Below, piece after piece: positions 39,957-52,094 of a DNA stretch of 64,000 nucleotides. How positions within the stretch are numbered: position 1 is the first letter of the stretch; every line of letters starts with the position of its first letter. A model generated the notes under the pieces. That model saw only the letters and a list, made by a program, of their open reading frames with translations. It was not told the origin of the DNA and searched no databases. Origin of the DNA: Octopus bimaculoides (taxonomy: Eukaryota); contig NC_068994.1 in NCBI RefSeq assembly GCF_001194135.2, forward strand, positions 58,807,260 to 58,871,259, given 5' to 3'. A program made the translations under genes and the position numbers.

Positions 39957-40743
39957 GGCGCAGGTATGGTTGTGTGGTTAAGAGACTCGCTTTGCAATTA
40001 TGTGGTTTCGGTTTCAGTCCCACAGAGCGGTACCTTGGCCAAAAGTCATCTTCTATATTCCAGGCCTATTACTGCCTTGTGAGTGAATTTGGACCGTCGG
40101 GGGTTTGTACTTTTACCTTGTATTTTAAATATTTTGGGGTCAGGGCCCCTTCATTCTACACGACAGAGAGGACAGCTCGCAACAGCATTTCTTCAAAGAT
40201 CTCTTGAAGAAGATGTACTAATCCCCGAAATATTAAAATATAAGTTGAAAGTATAAAATACTTCTACCATTTTTTATGCCTCACATTGTTTGAAATATAT
40301 ATCAAACAATGAATCATGCAAATTATATAATTAGGTACATACATACATATGTATATGTGTGTATGTGTATATATATACATACATACGTAAATACACAGAC
40401 ATACACACACACGCACGAACATACACACATACACATACATATATATATATATATCCATGTGTTAAGCTAGTGTGTATGCAGACAAATTATATAGACACAA
40501 ACACTTACACGGTTATACAATTTCACAAATACGTACATACATACACGCACATACATGCATACGCATACATACCTACGTACATACATACACATTATGTCGC
40601 ATTTATGTGTAAGTGCTTGCTTGTGTCTACATACATGTACTTTTATCTGTAACTGTATGAGTAGATACATGCACCCACATATATATGACATTATATTGCA
40701 TTATATGTAAATATGTATATACATACATGCATATATATATACA

Positions 40744-40814
<71 letters not shown>

Positions 40815-41016
40815 CCCCACATATATATATATGCGTGCATACATGCATATTGTTAATTAAGCCAGGCTTTGAATATAATTAAAAACATTATTTGTCGTAC
40901 ATTAATTTTAAGTTTGTATATTTTTACGCAAGCACACGCGCAAATCTATATGCATACAATATGTATAATATACACGAATATATGTGTCTGTATATATATA
41001 TGTATATATATATATG

Positions 41017-41048
<32 letters not shown>

Positions 41049-41082
41049 GATAGATAGATATTCATAGACACATGAATGCAGA

Positions 41083-41114
<32 letters not shown>

Positions 41115-41813
41115 CACTCTTATTCTTACTTGTTTCTGTCATTTGACTGCGGCCTTGCTGGAGCACCGCCTTCAGTTGAACAAATCGATCCCAGGACTTA
41201 TTCTTTGTAAGCCTGGTACTTATTCTGTCGTTCACTTTTTGCCGAACCACTAAGTTAAAGTGACATCGGTTGTCAAGCGATGGGGGTGACAAACAAATAC
41301 ACACACACACACACAAACACNNNNNNNNNNNNNNNNNNNNNNNNNNNNNNNNNNNNNNNNNNNNNNNNNNNNNNNNNNNNNNNNNNNNNNNNNNNNNNNN
41401 NNNNNNNNNNNNNNNNNNNNNNNNNNNNNNNNNNNNNNNNNNNNNNNNNNNNNNNNNNNNNNNNNNNNNNNNNNNNNNNNNNNNNNNNNNNNNNNNNNNN
41501 NNNNNNNNNNNNNNNNNNNNNNNNNNNNNNNNNNNNNNNNNNNNNNNNNNNNNNNNNNNNNNNNNNNNNNNNNNNNNNNNNNNNNNNNNNNNNNNNNNNN
41601 NNNNNNNNNNNNNNNNNNNNNNNNNNNNNNNNNNNNNNNNNNNNNNNNNNNNNNNNNNNNNNNNNNNNNNNNNNNNNNNNNNNNNNNNNNNNNNNNNNNN
41701 NNNNNNNNNNNNNNNNNNNNNNNNNNNNNNNNNNNNNNNNNNNNNNNNNNNNNNNNNNNNNNNNNNNNNNNNNNNNNNNNNNTATGTGCGTGTATAAAGA
41801 TATGCATATATAT

Positions 41814-41938
41814 ATGTTGTTGTACTTGGGGATGATTAATCTTTTAATGTAATATAAAGCTGAAGCAAATTAACACCAAATATACAGTGTTTTTATTGGC
41901 TAAACTGGCAATATGACCATCCCCAAGTACAACAACAT
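41814..41938. repeat. Perfect 21-bp inverted repeat enclosing 83 bp
   Basis: atgttgttgtacttggggatg (41814-41834) / catccccaagtacaacaacat (41918-41938). Confidence 0.9.
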
Positions 41939-41976
41939 CTGTTTCAACACACGATTTCACATAAAAAATCTTGCAA

Positions 41977-42021
<45 letters not shown>

Positions 42022-42129
42022 ATTTAGATAATCCTATTAGGTGGTGCTATTAAGTTAGACATGGCTTGGACCAATCTTTGATCGAAACATATCTAAGTTT
42101 TATCTGTATATGATTATATCCTTATACAC

Positions 42130-42420
42130 ATGCGTACTTCTGATCCCTTCACCAACACCTCTACTGATGTCATCTGCTCCTCCTTGTGCCACCCTCTATA
42201 TCGTTCACCCCAGAAGCTGTTTAGACGGACTATCTTCGCGACATTACATCTCAGAAAACAGGTCTGATCTCGCGTCACTTCCGTTCCGCGCATCACACCA
42301 TAGAACATGTTACAGTATTTGGTCCGGTCCTGCAATATAAGATCTGTGAACGCTACCCTCCGCAGTGAGCAGCGTTTTATTTTCCCAGCAAACCCGCTTC
42401 CCTCTCAGCCTCAATTTACT
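42130..42420 (+). mobile_element. Penelope-like GIY-YIG endonuclease remnant
   Basis: TSDPFTNTSTDVI.CSSLCHPLY, DYLRDI, SRHFRSAHHTIEHVTVFGPVLQ and RSEQRFIF resemble PLE FTCTSxNVIYCIxCxxC..LYIG...EHLRDI..V.RHF...E..LIF; frameshifted. Confidence 0.75.
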
Positions 42421-42738
42421 GGCCCTCACTCTCGAAGTCCTTCGTCTAAACACACGCGCGCGCGTACGCACACGCACACACACACACACACACACACACT
42501 AACACTAACACGCATACACCACCCATTCACTGACCATTGAAATTCCGGGATACAACGAGCGGCAAGTCAAAGAAAATACAACAAAATATAAAATTCAAAT
42601 TTGTGCATCCATATACACACACGAGAGTGTATGTGCACGCGCGCAAATACAAACACAATTATATATGTACATACACACACACAAACACACACGCACACAT
42701 ATATATATATGCACAGACACTTACATATAAATATGAAG

Positions 42739-42781
<43 letters not shown>

Positions 42782-42801
42782 AGCATATATAAATGCTAAT
42801 A

Positions 42802-43715
42802 TGACGTGCGTTCAAAAAGTATCCGACTCTATTTTCTCACGCCAAAACTAATGTCACGTGAGAAAAATACTTCATGTGGGAAGTGACGTCACTCCTCCTG
42901 AGCACGTATGAAAATTTTCGCGCCGGCAGGCCGCGTCAGTTCCCGGTTGTTACGCCTAGTGTACAGACATATAGTGCGCGCTCGTCGGATTTTCGTTTTC
43001 ACGCAAGATGACCGAAAGCATCGAGTAGGGACCTTAAGCTCATGTCTCATCTCCAGTGATGATGGTCTTCTTGAAGTCTGAGGTCGTGGTTTCCACAGTC
43101 CAACATGCCCTGAATGATTTTCATGCAGAGTTACTTCTACTTCTCCGCCAAAACCTTGGGGACGAAATTCGCCCACACACTCCGCATGCACGAATCCTCC
43201 ATTAAAATGGAAAATACTGATCCTGTATGTATTCGCCCTTCGTCAGCAATTTCCTGCATTCTTATATGATGGGCTTCCATGATTATTGGCCAAACCTTCT
43301 CAATCGGTTCCTCGTTTCGGTTTATGGATGGCTTGTCTGAGAGTGCCTCGCTCCTCTCCACTGAGGGGAGACCATGTTTGAAGCGGTTGTATCATCCCTT
43401 GATCTGAGTTTTACCCATGGAATCATCGCAGAAGGCTTGCTGAATCTTCTGGATTGTTTCAGCATGAGTATCACCAAGCTTTTGCAAAACTTGATGCAGT
43501 GTCTCGGCTCAATTCGTTCGGAGAAAACGAAAATCCGAACAGCGCACAGTACACGCCTCCACTCTAGGTGCAACAGACGAAAAACGCAGCCGCCTGTCGG
43601 TGCGAAAGGTTTTCACAATGCGCAGGAAGGGTAGCGTTACTTTTCATCCAAAGGATTTTGCCGTCACAAAATTAGATTCGACGGGGAAAAAAGAATACTT
43701 TTTGAATACACCTCG
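42802..43715 (-). mobile_element. Mariner element made of two opposed 5' ends; N-terminal transposase pseudogene
   Basis: TA-flanked TIRs (..ttcaaaaagta). Minus strand encodes SERIEPRHCIKFC...ANFVPKVL...TIITGDET*; the plus strand carries a second 5' UTR with ATG at 43008 (MTESIE*). Confidence 0.88.
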
Positions 43716-43869
43716 TATGTATGTTTGTGTATGTGTGTGCGTGTATATATACATAGTATGTATGCATATGCATCCACAGACATACAAATATATATATATA
43801 TATATATATATACATACAGACATATATATATATTCATATGTATATATACGTAGATCGCTGACCACTACA

Positions 43870-44030
43870 TTCAAATTTTTTTTCTCCTTGTTTTTCTCCT
43901 TATTTCTTTCTGTTGAAGAGCGTAGCTCGAAACGTTAAAGACTTTCTCTATTCCCGAGCATTAAACTAATACATCCTTTTGTTGTTTACACCACCTGTCC
44001 TCGTCTGTTGTTGTCTTCTTCGTAAATCTC
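43870..44030 (+). mobile_element. Short non-coding PLE-type repeat with hammerhead-like motif (43905-43941)
   Basis: tcttt CTGTTGA A GAGC gta GCTC GAAA CGT T aaaga; homologous to 31030-31190 and 45570-45700. Confidence 0.75.
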
Positions 44031-44038
44031 CCATATAT

Positions 44039-44077
<39 letters not shown>

Positions 44078-45010
44078 NNNNNNNNNNNNNNNNNNNNNNN
44101 NNNNNNNNNNNNNNNNNNNNNNNNNNNNNNNNNNNNNNNNNNNNNNNNNNNNNNNNNNNNNNNNNNNNNNNNNNNNNNNNNNNNNNNNNNNNNNNNNNNN
44201 NNNNNNNNNNNNNNNNNNNNNNNNNNNNNNNNNNNNNNNNNNNNNNNNNNNNNNNNNNNNNNNNNNNNNNNNNNNNNNNNNNNNNNNNNNNNNNNNNNNN
44301 NNNNNNNNNNNNNNNNNNNNNNNNNNNNNNNNNNNNNNNNNNNNNNNNNNNNNNNNNNNNNNNNNNNNNNNNNNNNNNNNNNNNNNNNNNNNNNNNNNNN
44401 NNNNNNNNNNNNNNNNNNNNNNNNNNNNNNNNNNNNNNNNNNNNNNNNNNNNNNNNNNNNNNNNNNNNNNNNNNNNNNNNNNNNNNNNNNNNNNNNNNNN
44501 NNNNNNNNNNNNNNNNNNNNNNNNNNNNNNNNNNNNNNNNNNNNNNNNNNNNNNNNNNNNNNNNNNNNNNNNNNNNNNNNNNNNNNNNNNNNNNNNNNNN
44601 NNNNNNNNNNNNNNNNNNNNNNNNNNNNNNNNNNNNNNNNNNNNNNNNNNNNNNNNNNNNNNNNNNNNNNNNNNNNNNNNNNNNNNNNNNNNNNNNNNNN
44701 NNNNNNNNNNNNNNNNNNNNNNNNNNNNNNNNNNNNNNNNNNNNNNNNNNNNNNNNNNNNNNNNNNNNNNNNNNNNNNNNNNNNNNNNNNNNNNNNNNNN
44801 NNNNNNNNNNNNNNNNNNNNNNNNNNNNNNNNNNNNNNNNNNNNNNNNNNNNNNNNNNNNNNNNNNNNNNNNNNNNNNNNNNNNNNNNNNNNNNNNNNNN
44901 NNNNNNNNNNNNNNNNNNNNNNNNNNNNNNNNNNNNNNNNNNNNNNNNNNNNNNNNNNNNNNNNNNNNNNNNNNNNNNNNNNNNNNNNNNNNNNNNNNNN
45001 NNNNNNNNNN
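44078..45010. other. Assembly gap (largest of about 25 N-runs)
   Basis: Run of N flanked by (TA)n; most gaps in the window are similarly flanked by microsatellites. Confidence 0.99.
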
Positions 45011-45160
45011 ATATACGACGGGCTTTGGTCGGCCCGAGGCTATAGGAGAAGACACTTACCCAAGGTGCCACGCAGTGGGAATGAACCCGGAAGCATGTGG
45101 TTGGTAAGCAAGATATTTAGCACACAGCCACTCCTGCGCCTGTGTGTGTGTATATATATG

Positions 45161-45208
<48 letters not shown>

Positions 45209-45488
45209 TGTATGTGTGTGTATTCTTTTACTTGTTTCAGTCTTTTGACTACGGCCATGCTTGTGCCCCGCCTTCAAGGATTTTAATCGGAGAAATCGAC
45301 GCCCGAACTTATTCTTTGTAAGCACAGTACTTATTCTATCAGTAAGTTTTGCTGAACCGCTAAGTTACGGGGGCATAACCACATCACTGTCGGCTATAGT
45401 AGAAGATACTTGCCCAAGATGACAAGCAGTGGGACTGAACCCGGAACCATGTAGTTGGGAAGGAAGCTTCTTACCACACAGCCACGCT
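45010..45488 (-). mobile_element. Two SINE family A copies (head 45010-45140; deleted copy 45215-45488)
   Basis: Match the head and tail of 8972-9358. Confidence 0.85.
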
Positions 45489-45569
45489 ATATATCCATAT
45501 ATATATATATATATATATATAGAGTTCAAGACTGTGAAAAAATAACCCCAAAATATTTAAAACAAGACA

Positions 45570-45700
45570 GGTGAGGGAAGAAGAGAAGTTGTATTAATAG
45601 TTTGGCACTCAAGAAGAGTCTTCGACGTTTCGATCCTACGCTTATTTTTACAGAAAGGAACGAGGGGGAAAACAAGTGGGAGCGGAAAAAATGCAGAGTA
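45570..45700 (-). mobile_element. Degenerate copy of the hammerhead-bearing short repeat
   Basis: Minus strand: ccttt ctgtaaaaataagc gtag gatc GAAA CGT C gaagac; the core is disrupted. Confidence 0.55.
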
Positions 45701-45973
45701 AAATGTCTGGATTAACGATTACACATATTGAATGTGTGTGTGTGTGTGTGTGTGAATACATATATACCTGTAAATGTCAGATATATCATGTATATAAATA
45801 TTTACATATACCTGTATTCATACATGTGTATACTTCTATAAATACATACATATATTTGTTTATCCTGATATCTGATGACACGCCCGCGAAACTAATCTAT
45901 AAACATACATACATACAAACATGTATGGATGCATGTATGTATGCATGTATGTGTGTATGTATGTATGTATGTA

Positions 45974-46025
<52 letters not shown>

Positions 46026-46140
46026 AGTATATATATATATATATATCCAAACAAAGAAGAACAGACAAGAAGAAACAAGCAACGTGAGGGTGTGGTACAA
46101 GTACTGTATCATCAGACGCTCAGGAAGGGAAGGAAGGAGG

Positions 46141-46175
46141 ATTTAACGTTTCGAGCCTTGCTCTTCTTCAGAAAT
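46141..46175 (-). ncRNA. Minimal type I hammerhead ribozyme motif inside a ~185-bp non-coding repeat (~46045-46230)
   Basis: attt CTGAAGA A GAGC aag GCTC GAAA CGT T aaat: intact CUGANGA/GAAA core, 4-bp stems I and II, palindromic ACGU stem III. Confidence 0.7.
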
Positions 46176-46280
46176 AGAGGAAAGTCCAAAGGAAGGGAAG
46201 ACGGAGGAAGAAAATCGCCAACGATACACCAATATATAAATGCATATATAAATATGTATATGTATGTATGTGTATTATAT

Positions 46281-46315
<35 letters not shown>

Positions 46316-46319
46316 TATT

Positions 46320-47622
46320 TATTCTATTACCAGTCTCAGCCAGATGTTGCGGCCATGCTGTGGCACCACTATTGGCACTAATTGTTGTTCTATTTTAGAC
46401 TCATGTCGGTGTCCTGTCTCCGGATTCAGGCAGAGTGGATTGATGAATTGGAAGAGCAGTCCTTCTTGCTGTGGTGTAGGATCAACTGGCTGGATAGAGT
46501 TTTGTTCAATTATTCTATAAAGACATCCAGATCTATGCCTCGTAAATCTCTGAGGTCTTTCATGCAAGAAATTAAAAACTACGGGCCTTTGAATCGTAAG
46601 TTGCAACGGTATTGAGTTCTTAGTCCGGACTAAGAGGATAGGATTTTTGGTACTACGCAGTGGCCTCCTGTCATGTGACTGATATAGTTTTCAATCACCA
46701 AATTTGTTACTAAACCGTCCAGGACCTTCCATCCGTAAATCTCTTCATATCTTTCGCGTCTTCGCTCCAGGGAGACCAACCTGAGCTCTTTTAGCGTCTC
46801 CCAGCTGTCCATGTACTGCATCAAGGCTTCCTCGAGTTCTGTCGTTAATATGACTCTTTGTGATAATCATAATTGGAAGCAGTAATCCAAACGATTGAAA
46901 ACGAATGGTCTCCGTAAGAGCAACGTGGTTTCTTTGTCTCGAATTGCGAGTGATCTTAGAATCCAGCCAGTCGGTCGTTTGCCCATTGTTGCCATCTTAT
47001 TAATATGCACACGGGACCATGAGCCCGGGAGCGGGGATGCAAGTGCACCTCTTAAAATTTTGGTGGGGATGCAGAATCGAAATTTTTACCCCTACTTACT
47101 TTTCTCAGGTTTAGAAAACAAATTTGTAAAATGCAGTTTAAAGTTAGGTTTCTTCTCAAAGAACAACAATAAATAAATAAATGAAAGAAGACCTTGTTTA
47201 TAATAGAAATTTGGACCTGGCTTTGCACCGTCTACGCAAATTTCGTTCCCGAGCCAGTGCATGGGACGATGGATCGCCAAAATCATATGAAACCCCAGGT
47301 CAAGCATCGACTCTGCCTTCGTACTGCAAACCCGCTGGTCTTGCAATATTCTGACGGCAGTTTGTTTGTGGGTTGACAGAAGAGTGTATCTAACCTGCCA
47401 GAATGGATCCGCAAAGTATTTTCATGATCCGACATTCGAATTTTTCAGTAGTTTTAAGTTCCTTGATTGTTTCTGACACTTTTGTAACATTGACACAGCT
47501 GGTCAATGTAGCTGGCTGGACGACTGAGGGTAGCGTGTCTGAGAGGGACACTACAAAGAATAATGGGACTACTAAAGTTACCTGAATGACTCCGCTCAAT
47601 ATTGAGGCCTTCTCAAAGAGCA
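46320..47622 (-). mobile_element. 5'-truncated degenerate CR1-group LINE (RT core to 3' tail) with an insertion at ~47030-47200
   Basis: SGVIQVTLVVPLFFV (~GVPQGTVLGPLLF), TSCVNVTKV (~SYADDTKV), LDLGFHM, RLDYC, LKELRLVSLERRRERY..WKVLDGLV; 3' tail ggtgccacagcatggccgc...gagactggtaatagaata. Confidence 0.88.
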
Positions 47623-47658
47623 ACATTACATATATATATATATACACAGAGAGAGGGA

Positions 47659-47700
<42 letters not shown>

Positions 47701-48062
47701 ACATATGTGCATATATGTACTTTTATAAATACTTATAAAACTACCTATATCTATATATTGTTATACTATTCTATATATATATACATACAAAAATATATAT
47801 TGAAATATTACACGGGAAAATTTACGTTCATACATTTTGTATATATTTGTACGCACGCATGCGTGGGTACGTATAGCTATTTACATATCAATGTACGCTT
47901 GTGTATATAGTTTGTATATATACATAGCTATATAAATATATATACATGTGTATATATATATGNNNNNNNNNNNNNNNNNNNNNNNNNNNNNNNNNNNNNN
48001 NNNNNNNNNNNNNNNNNNNNNNNNNNNNNNNNNNNNNNNNNNNNNNNNNNNNNNNNNNNNNN

Positions 48063-48093
<31 letters not shown>

Positions 48094-48393
48094 CATACAT
48101 ATACCATACATATGTGTGTGTGTGTCTGTGACTATACAATTACAGATCTATATATATACACATACAAACATATACATGTATTTATAAGTATGTATGTATG
48201 TATGTATGTATGTATGTATGTNNNNNNNNNNCACACACACACACACACATAGGCACAGACATATACACGTGTATATGTATGTAGATATTTGTGTGTGATT
48301 ATGTATGTATTTGTGCGTGAGTATAAACGTATGCATATATATATGTGTAGGTATATCCATATCTATAACTATATATATATCTGTATATATATT

Positions 48394-48425
<32 letters not shown>

Positions 48426-48550
48426 TGCATTCATGTATGTATGCATGGAACTCATACGCACGCACGCGCGCACACGCACACAAACACACACTCATATATA
48501 TAGAGAGAGAGTGAAAGAGACGGTGAGACAGAAAGGGGGAAATAGACTGA

Positions 48551-48590
<40 letters not shown>

Positions 48591-49129
48591 CATACATATA
48601 CCATACATATGTGTGTGTGTGTCTGTGACTATACAATTACAGATCTATATATATACACATACAAACATATACATGTATTTATAAGTATGTATGTATGTAT
48701 GTATGTATGTATGTATGTATGTATACACACATATATATTGAATGATACATTTAAGGAGATTCACATTACAGACTTTAAGTTTCTGTGTCAAGGATACAAT
48801 GATTGCCACACTTGTTCAGCGGCTCCGAAGTTCGGTCGCATCCTCAATTAGAAACACGAGAAAAGAAAAACCCACCTACAACTATGTCGAAGTCTACCGC
48901 GTTTGCCGGCACAAGCTTTTTGTCAATATGTGTGCATGTGCGTATATATATGTGAGTGTGTGTACATGCATATACATGTGTATTTGTGTATGCGTGCATA
49001 TCATCACCTCAAACCTTCATACCAGGTATATTTAACAGTCTTCTGAGAAACGAGGTGTCACACCGTCAATATTTATATATATTTACGAAATTTTAAAAGT
49101 AAGTAAAAATGATGATACTTGTTTCTACC

Positions 49130-49210
49130 ATGCCTGATACTTAATTTTATTGCCTTGGGACGATAAATGGCAAAGTTAACCCCCGAGGAATTTGAACTGA
49201 GCACGCAAAG
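49130..49210 (-). mobile_element. SINE family B fragment
   Basis: gataaatggcaaagttaacccccgaggaatttgaactgag. Confidence 0.65.
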
Positions 49211-49278
49211 GTGAAGAACACATAACACAAATCTTTTTATTCCAGCCCTCCAGCGTGTCTGAAACGTTGTCGCCTTAA

Positions 49279-49799
49279 TACAGTGTGTCCCAGAATTACC
49301 TATATATTTCAATGAAATCGGGCAAAATAAAAAGAAAAAAACTGGCGGTTTTGTGTTTATTTAATTATGATACCAAACCGGGTAGATTTATGAATCTTAC
49401 TTCAAAACTTTATTGAAAATTTTCAACTGAAGCTCCGTCTGTAGCCCTGGAAATTTCAGATCTAACTTTAGTGTTGCGAAACACATTTTGAAATATTCCA
49501 GGTGTAATCTCCTGCACTGCAAACTGAATGCGTTCTTTAAGTTCAGGTAAACTATTATTCCATCCTGCTGGGGATGGGGGTAGAGGAAATGATGGCAGCC
49601 AAACTGAAATAAGGCTGACGGGGACAGATAAGTGGGATCCAACAAGAATGAAAATAAATTGTAAAATAAATATTATCAAAATTATAAAATTATAAACAAA
49701 ATAAATTTGATACATATTAAACATTATAAACAAATAAAAGCGAGTTTTTGAAAATATTCTCCGATTTCTCGGAAATAGCTAACTCTGAGACACCCTGTG
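49279..49799 (-). mobile_element. Internally deleted Tc1/mariner (maT-like)
   Basis: Termini TAcagtgtgtcccagaatt / aactctgagacaccctg; encodes C-terminal SLPELKERIQFAVQEITPGIFQNVFRNTKVRSEISRATDGASVE; TIR resembles that at 15799. Confidence 0.75.
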
Positions 49800-49959
49800 T
49801 ATATAATGCCGATCACGTCAATGCAGCTTGTATCCGGCACTATGGCAATGGTGTCTTCCGTGTATGCCATCGCGGATCATCAGTATCCTGGTTCGCGCAG
49901 TATGCCCTCAACATCTCTAATTTCTACGGAGAGAGTACAAACAAAAAAAAAGACGAGAG

Positions 49960-51060
49960 TAAACAACTTCGACAAACTGAGTGCAAGATGCTGAAAGATT
50001 TCAATAAGCGACAATTACCATCGAGTAGATGTCGCTGTACATTGCAAGGATCAGACCAAGGAAGACAGAGCCGTAATCGGCCACCGTAAAGAGAGCCGAC
50101 TCTATCGAAGGCTTTTGATTGATCTAAGTTGATCAGAGTCCTGCCCGTGCCAGATTCCTTATTCACCTTCTCAATGACCGATCACATGAGACAGAGATTG
50201 TCTTAGATTTTTTCAAGATGGTGCAGGTTCACGCATCACTTTTCTGACTGTCGATGACAAGCTACAAATTCTTTGCTAACAACTTGGCCAAAATTTTGAA
50301 ATCTGCACTTATCGGAGTTAGGGGCCAAAAATTATCAATATGATTATTGTAGGGAAGTAGTAATAATCGTACACCCCTCCCACGTGACGAGTGTAATGAG
50401 TTTGTCAATATAAGTAAGGTGACGTCGGCCAGTATCGAGAGAGTAGGTGTAGACTGTGTTGATAGTCGTGTCTGTGCTGATATAGTAATCATTACTGTGA
50501 TACTTGGGCCCTTATGATGATCCAGCCTTTTGAGGATAATAACACTGTACGACTGGGGGGTCGTACAGTACCGGATAGAAGCATTCTATCGACGACTTCG
50601 GACTATAACAATATCTGTCAGAGCGACAACCGCCGTAGAAAGACAGATCCAACAGTGGCAAAAGACCGTTTCATAACAATGATCCCTTTGTTTAGATTCT
50701 GTTTCAGTAGCATCATAGCTCCTCGACTCACCGAACTAAAAGAATATCCCGTTCTGCTGCCAGTTGTGGTACTTATCTGACAAAAGGCCTCCAAACAAGT
50801 CTGGCATATAAAAGTAAAACTTGTAAAGTAGACCATCCAAATCAGGGGAGATGCCACCGCAGTCAACCATCGCTTTCCGTATTTCCTCGACTGTTATCGG
50901 CTTTTCGCAACACACCTCTTCTGTCGCCGTGAGTTACAAACAGGCCGTCGAGGTAGGTATTGAAATTCTCTCACGGTTCTGGCTCACCATTCGTTCTGAA
51001 GATTCGACCGAAGTTCTGAAAACCGAATACTTCTGCTTGCGCTCGTGTAACAAGAGTCCT
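49960..51060 (-). mobile_element. Degenerate L1/Tx1-clade LINE ORF2 fragments
   Basis: SPDLDGLLYKFY..MPDLFG..NWQQNG..SVSRGAMMLLK, IDNFWPLTPISADFKILAKLLAK and LINLDQSKAFDRV are Tx1/L1 RT motifs; interrupted at ~50350-50640. Confidence 0.85.
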
Positions 51061-51064
51061 TTAT

Positions 51065-51320
51065 GTTTCGTTGCGAGATCGAGGGTTCCACTCTCGGAGC
51101 GGGTGGTGCATTAGGATCTTAAGCAAAACTCTTCATCTCCCGTTACTCTGCGATCACTTCGACATCCGGCCTGTGGCACACCGTGCACCTGTAAATGTCA
51201 GTTTGATGGAGGGAGTCGGCTCTCACGTACAACACGAACATTTGATCATCAGAGACAAATCATCTTGTCAGGCTGCTCAGCAAGAGGTTGCCGAGGCGTC
51301 ATCTGTCGTTTACGATAGGA
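51065..51320 (+). mobile_element. CORE-like SINE inserted next to the Tx1 remnant
   Basis: gatcgagggttccactctcgg...ggatcttaagcaaaactcttcatctcccgttactctg resembles the family C B box and CORE region. Confidence 0.55.
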
Positions 51321-52094
51321 GACCACGCACGCACGCATGCGCGCAATGATTATGTGTGTTCGATAATGTTTACAACTCTAGCGCTGCTTCTAATTCCAAT
51401 TTGAATTGTATTCTTGCCCAGGTGTCGTCCCAAAATACCAGCAAATGGTTTTTACAATATTTGTATGTAGTCACATATACTGGTGACCCAGTTCGCCTCT
51501 TATTCGGTTCAGGTTGATGATTTTCATAAACCACGGGAATAGCGAAACGGCGATATCCATTCACACCTGAATGGGATTTGGGTGAGGTTGTCTCGCCTGT
51601 CGATGGCTTTCAGGTGTTTCAACACTCGGCGTTTTGAGGGAATCACCCCCGCCGCGCTAACTGTAGCCTACCGGCGAATCGGGGCGCATACATTTAGTAT
51701 GTGTGGTCGATTATATATATATATATATATATATATNNNNNNNNNNNNNNNNNNNNNNNNNNNNNNNNNNNNNNNNNNNNNNNNNNNNNNNNNNNNNNNN
51801 NNNNNNNNNNNNNNNNNNNNNNNNNNNNNNNNNNNNNNNNNNNNNNNNNNNNNNNNNNNNNNNNNNNNNNNNNNNNNNNNNNNNNNNNNNNNNNNNNNNN
51901 NNNNNNNNNNNNNNNNNNNNNNNNNNNNNNNNNNNNNNNNNNNNNNNNNNNNNNNNNNNNNNNNNNNNNNNNNNNNNNNNNNNNNNNNNNNNNNNNNNNN
52001 NNNNNNNNNNNNNNNNNNNNNNNNNNNNNNNNNNNNNNNNNNNNNNNNNNNNNNNNNNNNNNNNNNNNNNNNNNNNNNNNNNNNATATATAAAA

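Noticed and set aside
48063-48722. Identical ~160-bp segment at ~48063-48220 and ~48555-48720
   Set aside because: The copies flank a 10-N gap and look identical, which is typical of contig-overlap misassembly.
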